Shown piece after piece: positions 1-12,117 of a DNA stretch of 32,142 nucleotides (the stretch's first letter is position 1; the number at the start of each line of letters is the position of its first letter). The DNA lies in assembly GCA_003990765.1 (NCBI GenBank), contig RBNJ01000364.1:1-32142 (forward strand). Direction: 5' to 3'. This stretch comes from Jimgerdemannia flammicorona (taxonomy: Eukaryota). The notes under the pieces are model-generated. The model saw only the letters and a list, made by a program, of their open reading frames with translations. It ran no database searches and was not told the origin of the DNA. Made by a program: the position numbers and the translations under genes.

Positions 1-3000
1 CCTCAACCTCCCCCTGCCCAAGCACCACCCGATCACCCACTATCTGAACCCTCCTACCACTCTTCTGGGAGATACACTGTACCAAACCCCTGCAGTACCC
101 CCCACCCATACCCCAACCCCGCCACCAGCTATTTAAAATGTCCAACAGCAACCATTCCCACTGTGCCACCTTTTCACCAACCCCAACCTGATGCCCATCT
201 TCAAATACATGCACCCAATGCCCTGCCAACCCAACCCACATAGCTAAGGCCCAACCAAGAGTCAGCCATTCATCCCCGACCCCACCCACTAACCACTGGC
301 GAAGCTCTCCCCATCTCCCCCCTCCCTCCCCTCCCCCAGCCCCCAACCCTAACCTATCCATTATACATCTCCAAAACTCCCCCAGAACCTCGCACTTTCC
401 AAGCCAATGTTCAGGTGTTTGTACCACTCCTCCCTCCTGACCAACATTAAAACAATCCTCACACTCGAATACCCCACCATCCACCAAGTGACCAGACCGA
501 TAGTTCAGCATCACATTCCGCCATAAGATCCGCCACTACACCAACCAGAACTTGGGGGGTAGCCACTGCCTCACCCATTTGCTCCAAAGCCAGAGCCCAT
601 TCCAATCCCACTCTTCCCCGATTCCAACCCTCTGCCAAGCTTCAGGCCACAGGTCCCCACCTAGTCCTCACAGGCACTCCAGACCCTCGCCCAGCTGAAA
701 GTCCTCCACCAGAACACCACCCAATAAAAGCCTGTCCCATCTCCACATCTGTGGTCCCCAAACCTCCTCGGCCTCGTCACCTCGCCACCGAAGGCTGATT
801 TTCCTAGCACCATCCACTGCTCCCCACCAAAAGTCTGTAAACCGCATCCTCCGACTCCCTTCCATGGCCACCATTGCAAGCAGGTCACCGGAGCCACGTG
901 GGGAGTAACGAACCTCCCACAACCTCTGCATGAGTGGCACCCACTTCCGACCTCTAAGCTCACTCGCCCTCCTTAGCCACCAGGCCCTCAGACACAAGAG
1001 CTGCTTAGTAAAGTCCACTAAGCCCAGTCCACCTCTTTCCAAGGGCAGTGTGGGCACCTCCCAACCAACCTGGCTCTGCCGCCCTCCCCAAATCCACAAC
1101 CTCGCCATCTTCAACAACTCCTTAACCACCCATGGTGGGAAATCCAAATGATACCCAACATACCACAGCTTTGGCATCCAGTACACATTCAACACCATCA
1201 CCCTTCTAGCAAGGGACATATGCCGGCCTCCCCATCGCATCAAGACATCACCCCACTCCTGCAGTTTATGGTCCCACCATGCCTGGTGAAGAAGAGATCC
1301 GAACACCGAGAAGTAGATCCCCAAGTAGCACACTGGTTCACCAGCTGGAACCACCGTTCCAATAATATTGCCACCTACAATTCCAGCACCCAGCACCAGC
1401 ATCTCGCATTTGTGCTAGTTCAGCTTAGCTCCAGAACCCTGCTCATACCATTCCACCATCCTCTGCAACTCTCCAACATCCTCCAAGGAGCCCAGTCCAA
1501 CCACCATATCATCGGCAAAGGCTCCCACCTTCCAGTTCACCCCTAAAATGTCCAAACCTTCAATCTTATGCCGAATCCTGTCCAGTAGTGGCTCTAGGGA
1601 AAGGGCATACAATATGGGTGACAAGGGGTCCCCTTGTGGCACCCCACAGCCCAGGGGGAAGGTCACCCCCCGGTGGCCATTAATGACCAACGCTGCCTGA
1701 CTGTCCTCCAAGAGGCCGATCAATGAACCTTGGAACCCCGGGGGGATACCAATCCGCTTCAGCACTCCCTCCAGCCATATTCTCCGCACTCTATCATAAG
1801 CCTTCTCCTGGTCCAGAAATATCAATCTGCCATCCACTCCTGTAGCCCAGGCACCTTCAATCACTCCATGAACCCAGGCCATCCCATCTCGAATCAACCG
1901 ACCACTGACAAACCCACGTTGCTCCAAACCAAGCACCTGCTGTGCGATCCCTTGCAACTGCAACACCAAGATCTTCATCACCAGTTTGTGGTCCATGTCC
2001 AGAAGCATGATTGGCTGCCAGTTCTTCCAATCCTCCCTCCTGCTCTTGTTCTTATATAGCAATGAGACCAGCCCCAAGCGCTGTCCCCCAATCCAGGCAC
2101 GAGACCAAAGAACTTCATCACACATAGCCATCATTTCCTCTAGTACCTCATGCACCCCCGTCATCTTCTGCCAAAAATCCCAGGGGAGTCCATCCTCTCC
2201 CAGGGCTGTCCCTTTACTCGTAGAGGCCACTACCTTACAAATCTCCTCGCTGCTCACCAGGTCCCCCAATGCCACAAGTCCCATGGCTGGGTCTGGGTGC
2301 CAATCCCCCAGTTGCCTTTCAATGTCCAGAGCATCCAGTCCCCCTTCATCCTCACTCCAAAGGTTCCCCCACCGGGACCGCAACAGTCCCAAAATCGCTG
2401 AGGTCCCCACCACCAGCTCGCCATTCTCATCCAAAACTCCCTCCCACTGCTGCCTTGTTTGTCGCACTTGTAACAACTGTGACAAGAACCTGGTAGGTCT
2501 CTCCCCTTCCTCCAGCCCCTGCCATCACAAGCGGGCCACCATCCCCTTCAGCTGCTCCTCTTCCTCCCTCTATAGCACCCCTTTGAGCTCCTCCACCTCC
2601 TGCCGGATCCTCGCAATATGCCAATCTGCCTCAGTCCTATCCTCCAGTACACCCGCCCATCTCTCCATGAGCACTGCCAAATGCTGTGAGGCCCACATCA
2701 CCCACCGCCTTCACTGAGCACTCTTTCCTTTCCCCGCTTCCCTCCAATACCCCTGAGCCTTCACCTTCAACCTTCTCCAGCAGTCCCCAATTGCCAGTCC
2801 TTGATCCCACCACCTGTCGATAATGCCAACCACCTCTGTTTTCCAACCCTCTCATAATGCCCTATCCTCCAACAAGGAAGAATTTAGCCGCCAATGTCTG
2901 GGCCCATCCTCATTTCCCCCAAACCTCCCCCCTCCAAGCAACCCCCAGTGATCAGACCATGGACACCATACGACTCCCAGCACTGTCCAGACATCTGCTC

Positions 3001-3628
3001 TCCAATACTCTGCTGTTAGAACCCAGTCAATCCTAGAGCCCAGTCCTGCTGCCCAATGGGTATACATCCACTGATCAGTCCAAAAATGTCTCTCTGAGTC
3101 CACTAAAGAACACAACCTTTCCATCTCCAACCAGTCCGCCAACCCACCACTATCACCTCACATGCCTCTCCCTCCATCAGTTCTGTCCAACTCCTTATCC
3201 CATACCATTTTGAAGTCCCCCCCCAGACAGTCCAACCCAGCTTCTCTCAATAAACCAGCCTCTTTCAATCTGCGAATCCAATCCACCCTCTCCCCTCTCT
3301 CAGCTGGGCAGTAACAAGACCCAACCATCAGCGAGCCCCATCCAGGCCTCTTCCATACTCCCCACACCACCTGTGCCCCCCAATGTCCAATGTCCCCAAT
3401 GTCCCCCATCCCTTTCCAAACAAGAATACCCACTATCCCCCTCCAAACTGCTGCACCCCCCCATTCCTTAGTCCAATTCTGTAAATCCACATCTGCATCA
3501 TACCGAACATCCTGTAACAAGAAGAGGTCCGCATCCAGACCCTGAAGCCAACCAAAGATGTACTTCCTCCTAACCACCCCCCATAACCCATTAACGTTCA
3601 ATGAGAATATCATAGTTGTACTGTTCAT
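1..3628 (-). pseudogene. LINE ORF2 (APE endonuclease, reverse transcriptase, C-terminal CCHC), broken by stops and frameshifts
   Basis: APE motifs SLNVNG, LLQD, YCP, GGDF, SRIDW, SDH, WRLNSSLL. RT motifs GEDG, FLDQEKAYDRV, GVPQGDPLSPILY, FADD, AKLN, YLGI. The region 463-392 translates CEDC-x14-H-x4-C. Confidence 0.93.
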
Positions 3629-3659
3629 ATTGAGTAGATATTGTAGAAGAGACCTCAAC

Positions 3660-5553
3660 CTATAATTCCATGCTCATCTCATCTCTCGCCAAGTCCAAGA
3701 GTCGCTCAGCTTCCAATTCGCCCTCCACAATATCCCGAGCATCCAGTGCCCCCAAGATTTCCTGACACTCCACCCTGTCCACCTCCTCCATATCTGCCCT
3801 GTAATCCAAGCAGACTGCGCGCCACTTCTCTAGTCCCTTCCTTGAGTTCCACAAGACAAGTGCCCTGTCACTCGCAATCCTTCTAAGCTCCTCCTCTCGC
3901 TGATCATCAACCTGATACTCAACCGACTCCAGGAGGACAGCCAGGATCTCATTCCTCATCTTCCTCGGCACCTCTTCCCCATGTAGAATCTCCTCCCAAT
4001 GCCTCTCCTCCAACACCCTGAAGTCCTCACCCCCCAGCTCTTCAGCCGCTACCCCTTCCAGGGTCTTCCACATCCACTACTCCTCATCTACTGCCTCCAC
4101 CACCCCCTGAGCAATTTGTCCCCCATCCATCTCGGGGTCCACCAGTGCACTCCTCATCCGGCACATCCATCAGCTCCTCCTCACCTCCTGCCCCAATCGG
4201 AACACTATACTGTGGGTGCCCACCTTCACCCATTTCGGCATCCACCTCCAAGTTAACCTCCCTCCCCTCCCCAACTCCAATCTGAGCCCCGCCCTGGGCC
4301 ATCTCTCCCCCATCTGCCCAGGTGCTCTCCTGCAGCCCTGCAGCCCCCTCCCTGGAGCTTCCACCAGCCCTACCCCTGCCCAACTTCGCCAACAACTCCT
4401 TCTGAATCCTCCTCCCCTGCATCTTCTCCCAGGCCCTCTTCTCCATCCGAACCCTCTTCCCATCCACCTCCCCCACCACCATCCTGGCCTCAAACTCCTT
4501 CCAGGCTAATCTCCTCCTCGCAACTGCCCCTTCCAGGTCCTCCAGAGCCTCCAACAGGTCCTCCTCCTCCTCCGGAGTCCCCTTCACCCTAGTGATCTTA
4601 CACTCCACCTGTCCCCACCTCAGCGCTGCTGGCCAGTCCCTCAACTTCCCCATATTCTCCTTTCCAGCCAGTCTCACCCTGACATCGACGTCCCCAGTTC
4701 TAAGCTCCATGCCCTCTCAGACCTTGAACCCAACATCTACAATCTCGCCATACTCCTTGATCGCCTCTACAACCAACTCCCTGGTCCTTTCCTTTGACAC
4801 CGTAGGGAGGTCCAACACTATCAACTGCACCACCCGGGGGTCCCAGTACATACACTGGGCCATAGGGACCACAACCCCACCAACCATCACCCCCTTCTCC
4901 ATAGCTGCCAACAAGGTGGCTTCCTCCTCAAACCCCACCTCAACCCCTTCCTTTCCCCTCAAGAACTTCACTGACGCTGCTCCCTTAGCCTCCTGCACCA
5001 CCAGCCCCAAAATCATCCTCGCCATCACTGCCAAGCCCCGGAAGCACATTGTGACTGCGAATTCAGACCTCGACTTCTTGAGTAATGGGGCTGACACCAT
5101 GCCCGTCACCCCATCCGCCAGGTCCCTGGGCCTCGTGCCCACTCCAAGTCCGGAAATACCAACCACCGTCACATCTGGATTTTTTGCCAGATCCCCAGTC
5201 ACAGCCCCATCAACAGTCACATCTCCAGCCCCTACTCCAGCCCCTTCCCTACCACCAGAAGTACCCTGGGGTACACCTCCCTGACCCGCAGCAGCAGCCA
5301 TCGAAGCCTTCCCCAGGCTCAGCCAACTATCCAGCCCAGAAGCCACCTTCCCCATCCTGACCTTATCAGCAAAGGTCGACCTCTCCCCTCCTCTCTGCCT
5401 CAGACCTCCCCTCCCTCCGCCGCTGGGGCCTCGGCTAGCCATCGAGGCCCCTGGCATTCCCAAACCATCTCCCCTCCTCCCCACCTACTACCAGCCAAAG
5501 GCGCCGTCACCCCCCTGGCCAGTACGCTCACCAGATCGATCGTTGCCATCCAT
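3660..5553 (-). pseudogene. LINE ORF1 (Gly-rich N-terminus, RRM-like core, acidic C-terminal region)
   Basis: ATG at 5553 is in frame with the 5484-4717 and 4710-4084 fragments; one frameshift near 4100-4200. Homologous to 13914-14999 of copy 2 (FAVTMCFRGLAV/FVVTLYFQGLAV; RDWP; EERHW/EEHW). The RRM call rests on pattern and position, not a search. Confidence 0.8.
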
Positions 5554-5635
5554 GTTGTTAGTCATCAGACACCAAAAACGTTGTGAAAAGTGTTGTCAGA
5601 GTCTTGTGTCACCCGAATGTTACTGGTGAAAGGTG

Positions 5636-8600
5636 ACTAGATATAGTATACTTATCTACTTATATTATACTTAGAACTCTATGGTTTAGAAAGTTTAACC
5701 TCAATATTAATTAGAGTAATAATGAAATTACTCTATAGAAACAAAGTCAAAAGCTTACTTTAAATCCAAAGCTAGTATAAGTAGAAAAATATCAGCTATA
5801 TAATTTTATAAAGAAGCTAAAAGAATAAAAGATTATTATCTCTACTGATATAGATAGTTCCAAAGAAAAAAGAAGCTATTCAAATTTCACAAATAATTCA
5901 GTCTCTTATAGAAGAATTCTCAGACATATTCCAAGAACCAATAAAATCTCCACCTAAAAGAAAGATCAGACATAAGATTAATATAATTTCAGGATTATTA
6001 CCTCCTTATAAACCTATTTACCCTATATTTCAGCCAGAGCTAGAAGACTTAAAAGAGGCTTTAAAGATACTTCTTAATAAAGAATATATTGAACTAAGTA
6101 TATTTCCCTATAGAGCACCCATTCTGTTTGTAAAAAAGAAAGAAAAATATTGAGAATATGTGTAAAATGCCATCTACTCAATAAGATCACTATACAAAAC
6201 TAATATCCTCTACTTAGTATAAAAGAACTACTTACTCAGCTTTACAAAGCTAAGGTTATGACCTTGGGTGACCTTAAAGAAAAGATTTTGATAGATAGGA
6301 ATAGATGAAAGAGATATAGAGAAAATAGCCTTTAAAACAAGATAGTGACATTATCAATTCAAAGTTATGCCCTTTGGATTAACTAATACTCTACTATCAT
6401 TTCAGACCTTCAGGAATGACATCTTTAAGCCTCTATTAGACAAGTGTATACTAGTTTATATAGATGACATTCTTATCTACAGTATAACTCAAAAGGAGTA
6501 TCTTCAATATCTAAGAGAAGTCTTCACTATACTGAGAAAAAATCAGTTATATCTGAAGCTTGAAAAATAACATTTCTTACAAGAAGAAGTAGAATACCTT
6601 GGATATATTGTTAGAAAAAGAATAGTCAAAACTTCACTCAGACTAATTAAGATTAGTCTCAACTTGAAAATCTTAAAGGATTATAAGGATTTCTAGGATT
6701 GGCCAACTTCTTCATATAATTTATAAAAGAATTCTCTATAGTAGCAGCCCCTTTAATAGCACAGACTCAAAAATATATGGATGTTAAAAAACATTAGACT
6801 TTTATCTAAATATAAGCCTTTAATTACCTAAAAAGACTTCTTACTAATATACTAGTACTGGGGATATCTGATCCAAAAGGCTTCTTTGAAGTTACTGCTG
6901 ATGTAATTGGAGTAGTTCTTACTTAAGAAAAACATTCAATTGCTTACTTTTCTCAAAAGTTAAAAAAAGCAGAAACAGATATACTATTTATAAAAAGGAA
7001 TTATTTATCATAGTCAGAAGCCTTAAAGAATAGAGATACTTTTTAATAAAAAAACATTTTTCTATCATAACAGATCATCAATCTCTTGTCTATATTTACT
7101 GCCAACCCATCTTGACTAAAAGACAAGTAAGATAGATAGAAGCCCTAGCAGATTATGACTTCATGGTAGAATACTACTCTGGAAAAACAAATGTCATAGC
7201 TGATACTCTTTTAAAAATAAAACAAATAGAGAAAATAGTAGTCACTATAATCATAACTAATGATCTCAAGAATCAGATCAGAGAAGCTATACTTACTAAG
7301 AAATTTGTAAATTCTTACAAAACCAATCAATAATTCAAGATTTAAAGAACTGATCAGAAAATTAAACCTCAAAGAAGAGTTACTATACTATGATGAAATA
7401 AGACTCTTAATTTCTAAAAATCAAAAACTGAGACTTCAAATTATACAAGAATAATATAATATACCTTTTGTAGAATATTATAGTTATAAAAAAACTCTTA
7501 CTAATATAACTCAGAACTTTTATTATCTAAAGATGACAGATAATATTAAGGACTTCTATTATTTCTATAACTTATATATATCAAAGAAATAAGACAAGTA
7601 ATCAAGAGCCTCTAGGACTTCTTCAATCTCTACTAATATCTACTAGAAATTGAGACTAGATTATCTTAAACTTTATAGTTAGACTATCTAAAACCAACCA
7701 AGGAAAGGATGAAATAGTAGTGTTCATAGATAGACTTAGCAAATAGATAAACTTTGAACTTACTACTACTAGTTACTATACTAGAAACAGTAAAGATTTT
7801 CTTATATATAGTTTTTAAACTATATGGACTACTCTCAAATAGTCTCAGATAGAGACCTCAAATTTATAAGTACTTTTTGGAAGATATTCTTTAGAATGAT
7901 AAATGCTAAGTTATCATTCTCTACTGTCTAATATCTATAAACTGATAGTCAGATGGAAAGAACTAACAGAACTCTCAAACAAATATTAAGAATATTCTAT
8001 AACTTCAAATAAGATGACTGAGGCCAATATCTCCTATTAGCAGAATATACTTATAATAATAACAAATAGTCATCTACTCAAATGATACCCTTCTTATGAA
8101 TACTGGTCAATATCTAAAAACTCTGACAACTATAGGAAAATCTATAGTACCTGCAGCAGAAGTCCTTATAGTAACTATTGGAAATATTATACAGTTAATA
8201 CAAAAAGAATTATAGAAGGCTCAGGAGTAATAAATCAAATATGCTAATTAATATAGAAAAGAAGTTCTCTTTAAAGTAGAAGTCTTAGTTCTCTTAAAAG
8301 TCTCTAATATAACTATAGCAAATCAGACTAGATATCTTGAATAAAGTCTATATTCAAAGTATATTAGATCTTACTTAGTTAAAGAAATAATATCTGATGT
8401 ATTATATCAATTAGAACTCTCTCAAGATATGAAAATACATTTTATATTCCATATCTTACTACTTAAATAGTACTCTAAATCAAATTCCCAATTAGAAAAT
8501 ACTTCTGCCTTTATTTGTAATAATTAAAGGACAACCAGAATATATTATAGAATAAATTTTAGACTGCCAAGTTATAAAAAGGAGACAAGAAACCTCTTTA

Positions 8601-8700
8601 GAGTATTTAGTAAAATAGGAAGACTACTCTTTATATGACTCTATCTGAGAACCAGAAAGAAATCTCACCAATGCTAAAGAAAAGGTCTTAGAATATTTGG
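5636..8700 (+). pseudogene. pol: Gypsy A pol (PR end, RT, RNase H, integrase, chromodomain), heavily C>T/G>A mutated
   Basis: ORF 6367-6570 contains the RT core YIDD. Flanking motifs are readable through many TAA/TAG/TGA stops at positions where Q, W or R are expected. Confidence 0.92.
8538..8700 (+). other. Integrase C-terminal chromodomain (degenerate)
   Basis: Translates EYIIE*ILD...LEYLVK*EDYSLYDSI*EPERNLTNA, matching the chromodomain pattern EYxVExILD...YLVKWxGY...TWEPxxNL. Confidence 0.88.
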
Positions 8701-9519
8701 TATAATAAGAAAAAAAACTTCAATCTTACTGATATATTACTCATATCTTCTAGTCTAAGGAGAATGAATAGATATAATATGTCTAAGCAATATAGGCTAA
8801 AGAATATATATAATATACTGAATTTGGAGAAGTTAAATCTCTAACTCATAGTTCTGAGGTTAACCTACTACCTACTATACTATAAGATACTGATTGCTAG
8901 AATAAAATAGTAAATATAGGAAAAGTTATAAGAAAATTTTCATGAGCCAAGACTAGTAATCTAAAAAGATTAACCATAAGAATGATAATAAAGATTGGGA
9001 CAAAAGAAGTATAACTCCCCATACTGTTAATAACTCCTATATCTAGAGATCTAGATAGAGTATTTACATTCTGATACAGCCTACCAGATGACTAACCCAG
9101 TATAGGTTAGTATTTATCAATATAGTCTAAAACAATAGCTAGCTCTAACTTTACTTACATCTAGTCTATACCTAGTAGTGTAGTAAGATAAAGTTAAAAA
9201 CTTCTAAAGTATCAAAATATACCTAGTATATAGTATGACAAATCTTTACCAGAAGGACTCAGAACAGGTCAAACCTCCAGCCTACAGACCAAAAGCCCAA
9301 TGCCTTAATAGAATAACTATCTCTCTATAAAAGGTTAAAAAAAATTTAAGTACTCAGCTTAAGAACTAAATTAAGACTTCTTAATTATACAGCAAAGCTG
9401 AGCTCCTTCTGAAAATACTCTACAAAAATCTCAAAAGAGAAAGAGATAAAAAATTATATCAAGAATATCTTGTTTTAAGAAAAACTCTCTAAGACTATTT
9501 AATGAGAATATTAAATCTT

Positions 9520-9539
9520 AAAGAAGGGATAATATAATG
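9520..9539 (+). promoter_or_regulatory. Putative polypurine tract and start of element A 3' LTR (TATAATG, from TGTAAYG)
   Basis: AAAGAAGGGATAA follows a TCT-TAA stop and precedes TATAATG. The right end of this LTR could not be found. Confidence 0.5.
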
Positions 9540-11454
9540 AAGTTACATTCCAACATTACAAAGGATAATATTATCAAGCTGACATCATTGGATTTGTATC
9601 ACCAGCAAGATTACATACTAGAAAAACTAAGAATATTAGTGAAATTATAATGATTTTATACTAATTTTAGCTCTTTTTAGCTAGTGATATCATAGTAGTC
9701 AAATACTAGTTTAGTAAATACTCACACTGATATCACTGTAGATATATCTCAGAAATAGAAAGGATACTAAAAATAGTATGGAACTAAATTAGTCTTTAGC
9801 CACATTGATATTATAAACTAAAATAGTCTATAATATTATAAAAACTAAAGCATATTGAAATTAGTTACTGATATCATCAGTCTTCTGATATCAGAAGCTA
9901 GTAAGATCTTCAAGATCAGTGACTTTATGGCTAAACTAGACCATGGTAAGCTATGAAATCATAGTTGTCATATACTAAAATAGTTTGTTTGGTAAATAAA
10001 AAAAAAGCCAGAAAATTGACTCTGAGAAATGATCAACTAAATAACTACTATATAAATTCAAAAATACCCTCCAAAAAACAAAAATAAATATAAGCAAATC
10101 ATATCCTTATCTTCAGAACATATCTGTAAAGCCCTCTGGGAAGCAGTCTATGATCATCACTACTAGTATAACTAGAAATATATTGATCTTGATACTTATG
10201 ATATTGAGTAATTTTTCAAAGCTATTGATAAGATTGCTGCAAGAATGTAATAAATTATAAGATACTTTCCAATACTAAGAAACTATCAGGCTGATAGACT
10301 CTTAGTAGACAGTGGCTTAATCCTATTAGAGATTATAGATGAATACAATATCTCTATTTCTAGATAGTATATTTTAGTTCATACCTATTATTTACTCTAT
10401 AGAAAGCTCTATGCTATTAGTAGTATAAGAGAAGTAACTCCTGCAGAAATTGGTAGTCTTGATGATCAATTAATAAGTCAAATTAAGCTAGATCTTATAA
10501 ATGACTTTAACCTACAAGAGTACTACAATGATAATGTATGGCCATATAAAAATAAAGTCTTCAATATACTCATTAGTCTATTTCAAGCACCCACTTCTCA
10601 GGTCCAGATACCTATAAATATCTGGCTATAGGGAATTTCTGTATCGTTAATATGAGACTAGCCTCACCAGTATCTATACTATTATTTATAACTACCAGAT
10701 TAGAACTAAACTCTGATAAGTTTGGCATTATATTATCTGAATTTGAGACTCTGAGAGAAGTCTTACTCCTTTCAGAGAAGTCTGTTACTATTTTATAATA
10801 TAATATATTATGTTATAAAGTATCAGTTAAAATCTAGAATAATTACTTTATAGCTAGTATGTAAAAATGATACTATTAAATAGTATCATTATGACTTTAT
10901 AATAATATCATTATAGTGTAACTTTAACATCATTTCTAGCTACTTTTTATTTTATGTTTCTTAACCAATAGCTAGTCAATGTTAAAAGACCTTTAAAATA
11001 TATAAATATCCCCAGAGAAATAACTTAAGAACTTTCAGAATTCACAAAATATAGAATAAAAGAACAATTATGACTTAAGTTCATAATATATAGATAAGTC
11101 CTAGAATAATCTCTAATAGAAAGACTACATTAAAAATTGGATATTCTGAACTCTATAAATACTTTAATTCTGAAGAATCTAAATATAATTCTCAAGAACT
11201 AGACTATATTCAAAAAGGATATACTAAAGGACTTAGACTTTAAAGAATTAAAGTATATAATTGCCAAATTGTTATCTAAGTCTTTCAGAAGGAGACTAGA
11301 TCAATTAGAAGTATATATAACAGACAGTACTAAGGTATTAAGATAGCTGCTTCCTCAAGCTATAGATATCTGATATAAGTGCCTTTAAGTCATTGATATC
11401 AAGGATCATTAACTTAAAGAGTATAATTACCATAACAGTAAAGATATACTATTA

Positions 11455-12117
11455 TATAACTGGTCATTCAGAATTCAATATTTATTTATATAATTTCTGG
11501 TCATTATTTTCACAGGTTTACTATGTATCTTAGCAGTCTAGTATATCCTTGAGTCTTTCCTAAGTCTTGTTTCAATGGCAGTCAGTTTCTTACTTGATAG
11601 GGTTTGTTTTTTTTTAATTTACTAACTAACTGACTTATATCTTAAATATATAGTCTTAATCTTATATCTTGAGTTTCATAGTAGTAAAAGTAATTCTTCA
11701 ACTCTTGAAGTCTTTTTTTAAAGTTCTTACACTTGACTTCCTTGTCTTTCAGAACTTAAGTTAGTATTATAAACCAATTGACTAAGGTTTATTCACTATA
11801 GATCAGAAGGTATTTATATAATTTTCAGACTATATATAAGGCTAGATAATTGATTGTAACTTACAATTACTAAAAGATACTAATAAGTATAGTTTTAGAA
11901 TTCAGGTGACTAACTAATTAAATAAGACTAATTTTATATTTATAATAAATTGAGCTAGTTAATATATTATCACTATTTATTCAACTAACTAACTTACTCA
12001 ATTTGGCTAATAGAGCTATCCTCATTTGCCTTAAAATTCAGTATGACTGAGATTATGTTATTCTCATTCTCTTTTTCTCCAGGAGATCCAGCTAAATTAT
12101 TTTTTATATTCATCACA
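11455..12117 (-). mobile_element. Solo LTR related to the element D LTR
   Basis: The minus strand starts TGTGATGAA (as at 27507) and ends GTTATA (from GTTACA). It contains TATAAAT followed by AGTGAATAAACCTTAGTC (11797-11780), 17/18 identical to 27797-27814. Flanks ATTA/ATTG fit a 4-bp TSD with one G>A change. No PPT precedes it. Confidence 0.7.

Larger units (their letters stand above)
1..5635 (-). mobile_element. L1/Tx1-like non-LTR retrotransposon (LINE copy 1); 5' end intact, 3' end runs off the left edge
   Basis: ORF1 fragments (5484-4717, 4710-4084, 4073-3660) are followed by APE-RT-CCHC ORF2 fragments. The 5' terminus (minus strand CACCTTTCACCAGTAACATTCGGGTGACACAA) aligns with the TSD-defined 5' end of copy 2. 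Composition switches abruptly to AT-rich Gypsy sequence at 5636. Confidence 0.93.
5636..9540 (+). mobile_element. Ty3/Gypsy element A (chromovirus), from the protease 3' end to the putative PPT; interrupted on the left by LINE copy 1
   Basis: Order is PR end (LWFRKFNLNIN*), RT (PYRAPILFVKKK; MPFGLTN; VYIDDILIYS), RNase H (TDHQSL), integrase (DSQMERTNRTL), chromodomain. Confidence 0.92.

Noticed and set aside
344..356. Telomere-like AACCCTAACCTA
   Set aside because: Fewer than two units, and it lies within C-rich LINE ORF2 sequence.
930..5360. Many plus-strand ORFs (e.g. 1986-2717, 4592-5284)
   Set aside because: Antisense shadows of the G-rich LINE ORFs; low-complexity Pro/Ser/His with no motifs.
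9533..9560. 28-bp TATAATG...CATTACA unit resembling a mini-LTR
   Set aside because: Too short, and the flanks do not form a clean TSD; could be chance.
9882..9917. Palindromes CTTCTGATATCAGAAG and GATCTTCAAGATC
   Set aside because: Short, in AT-rich mutated DNA, with no supporting context.
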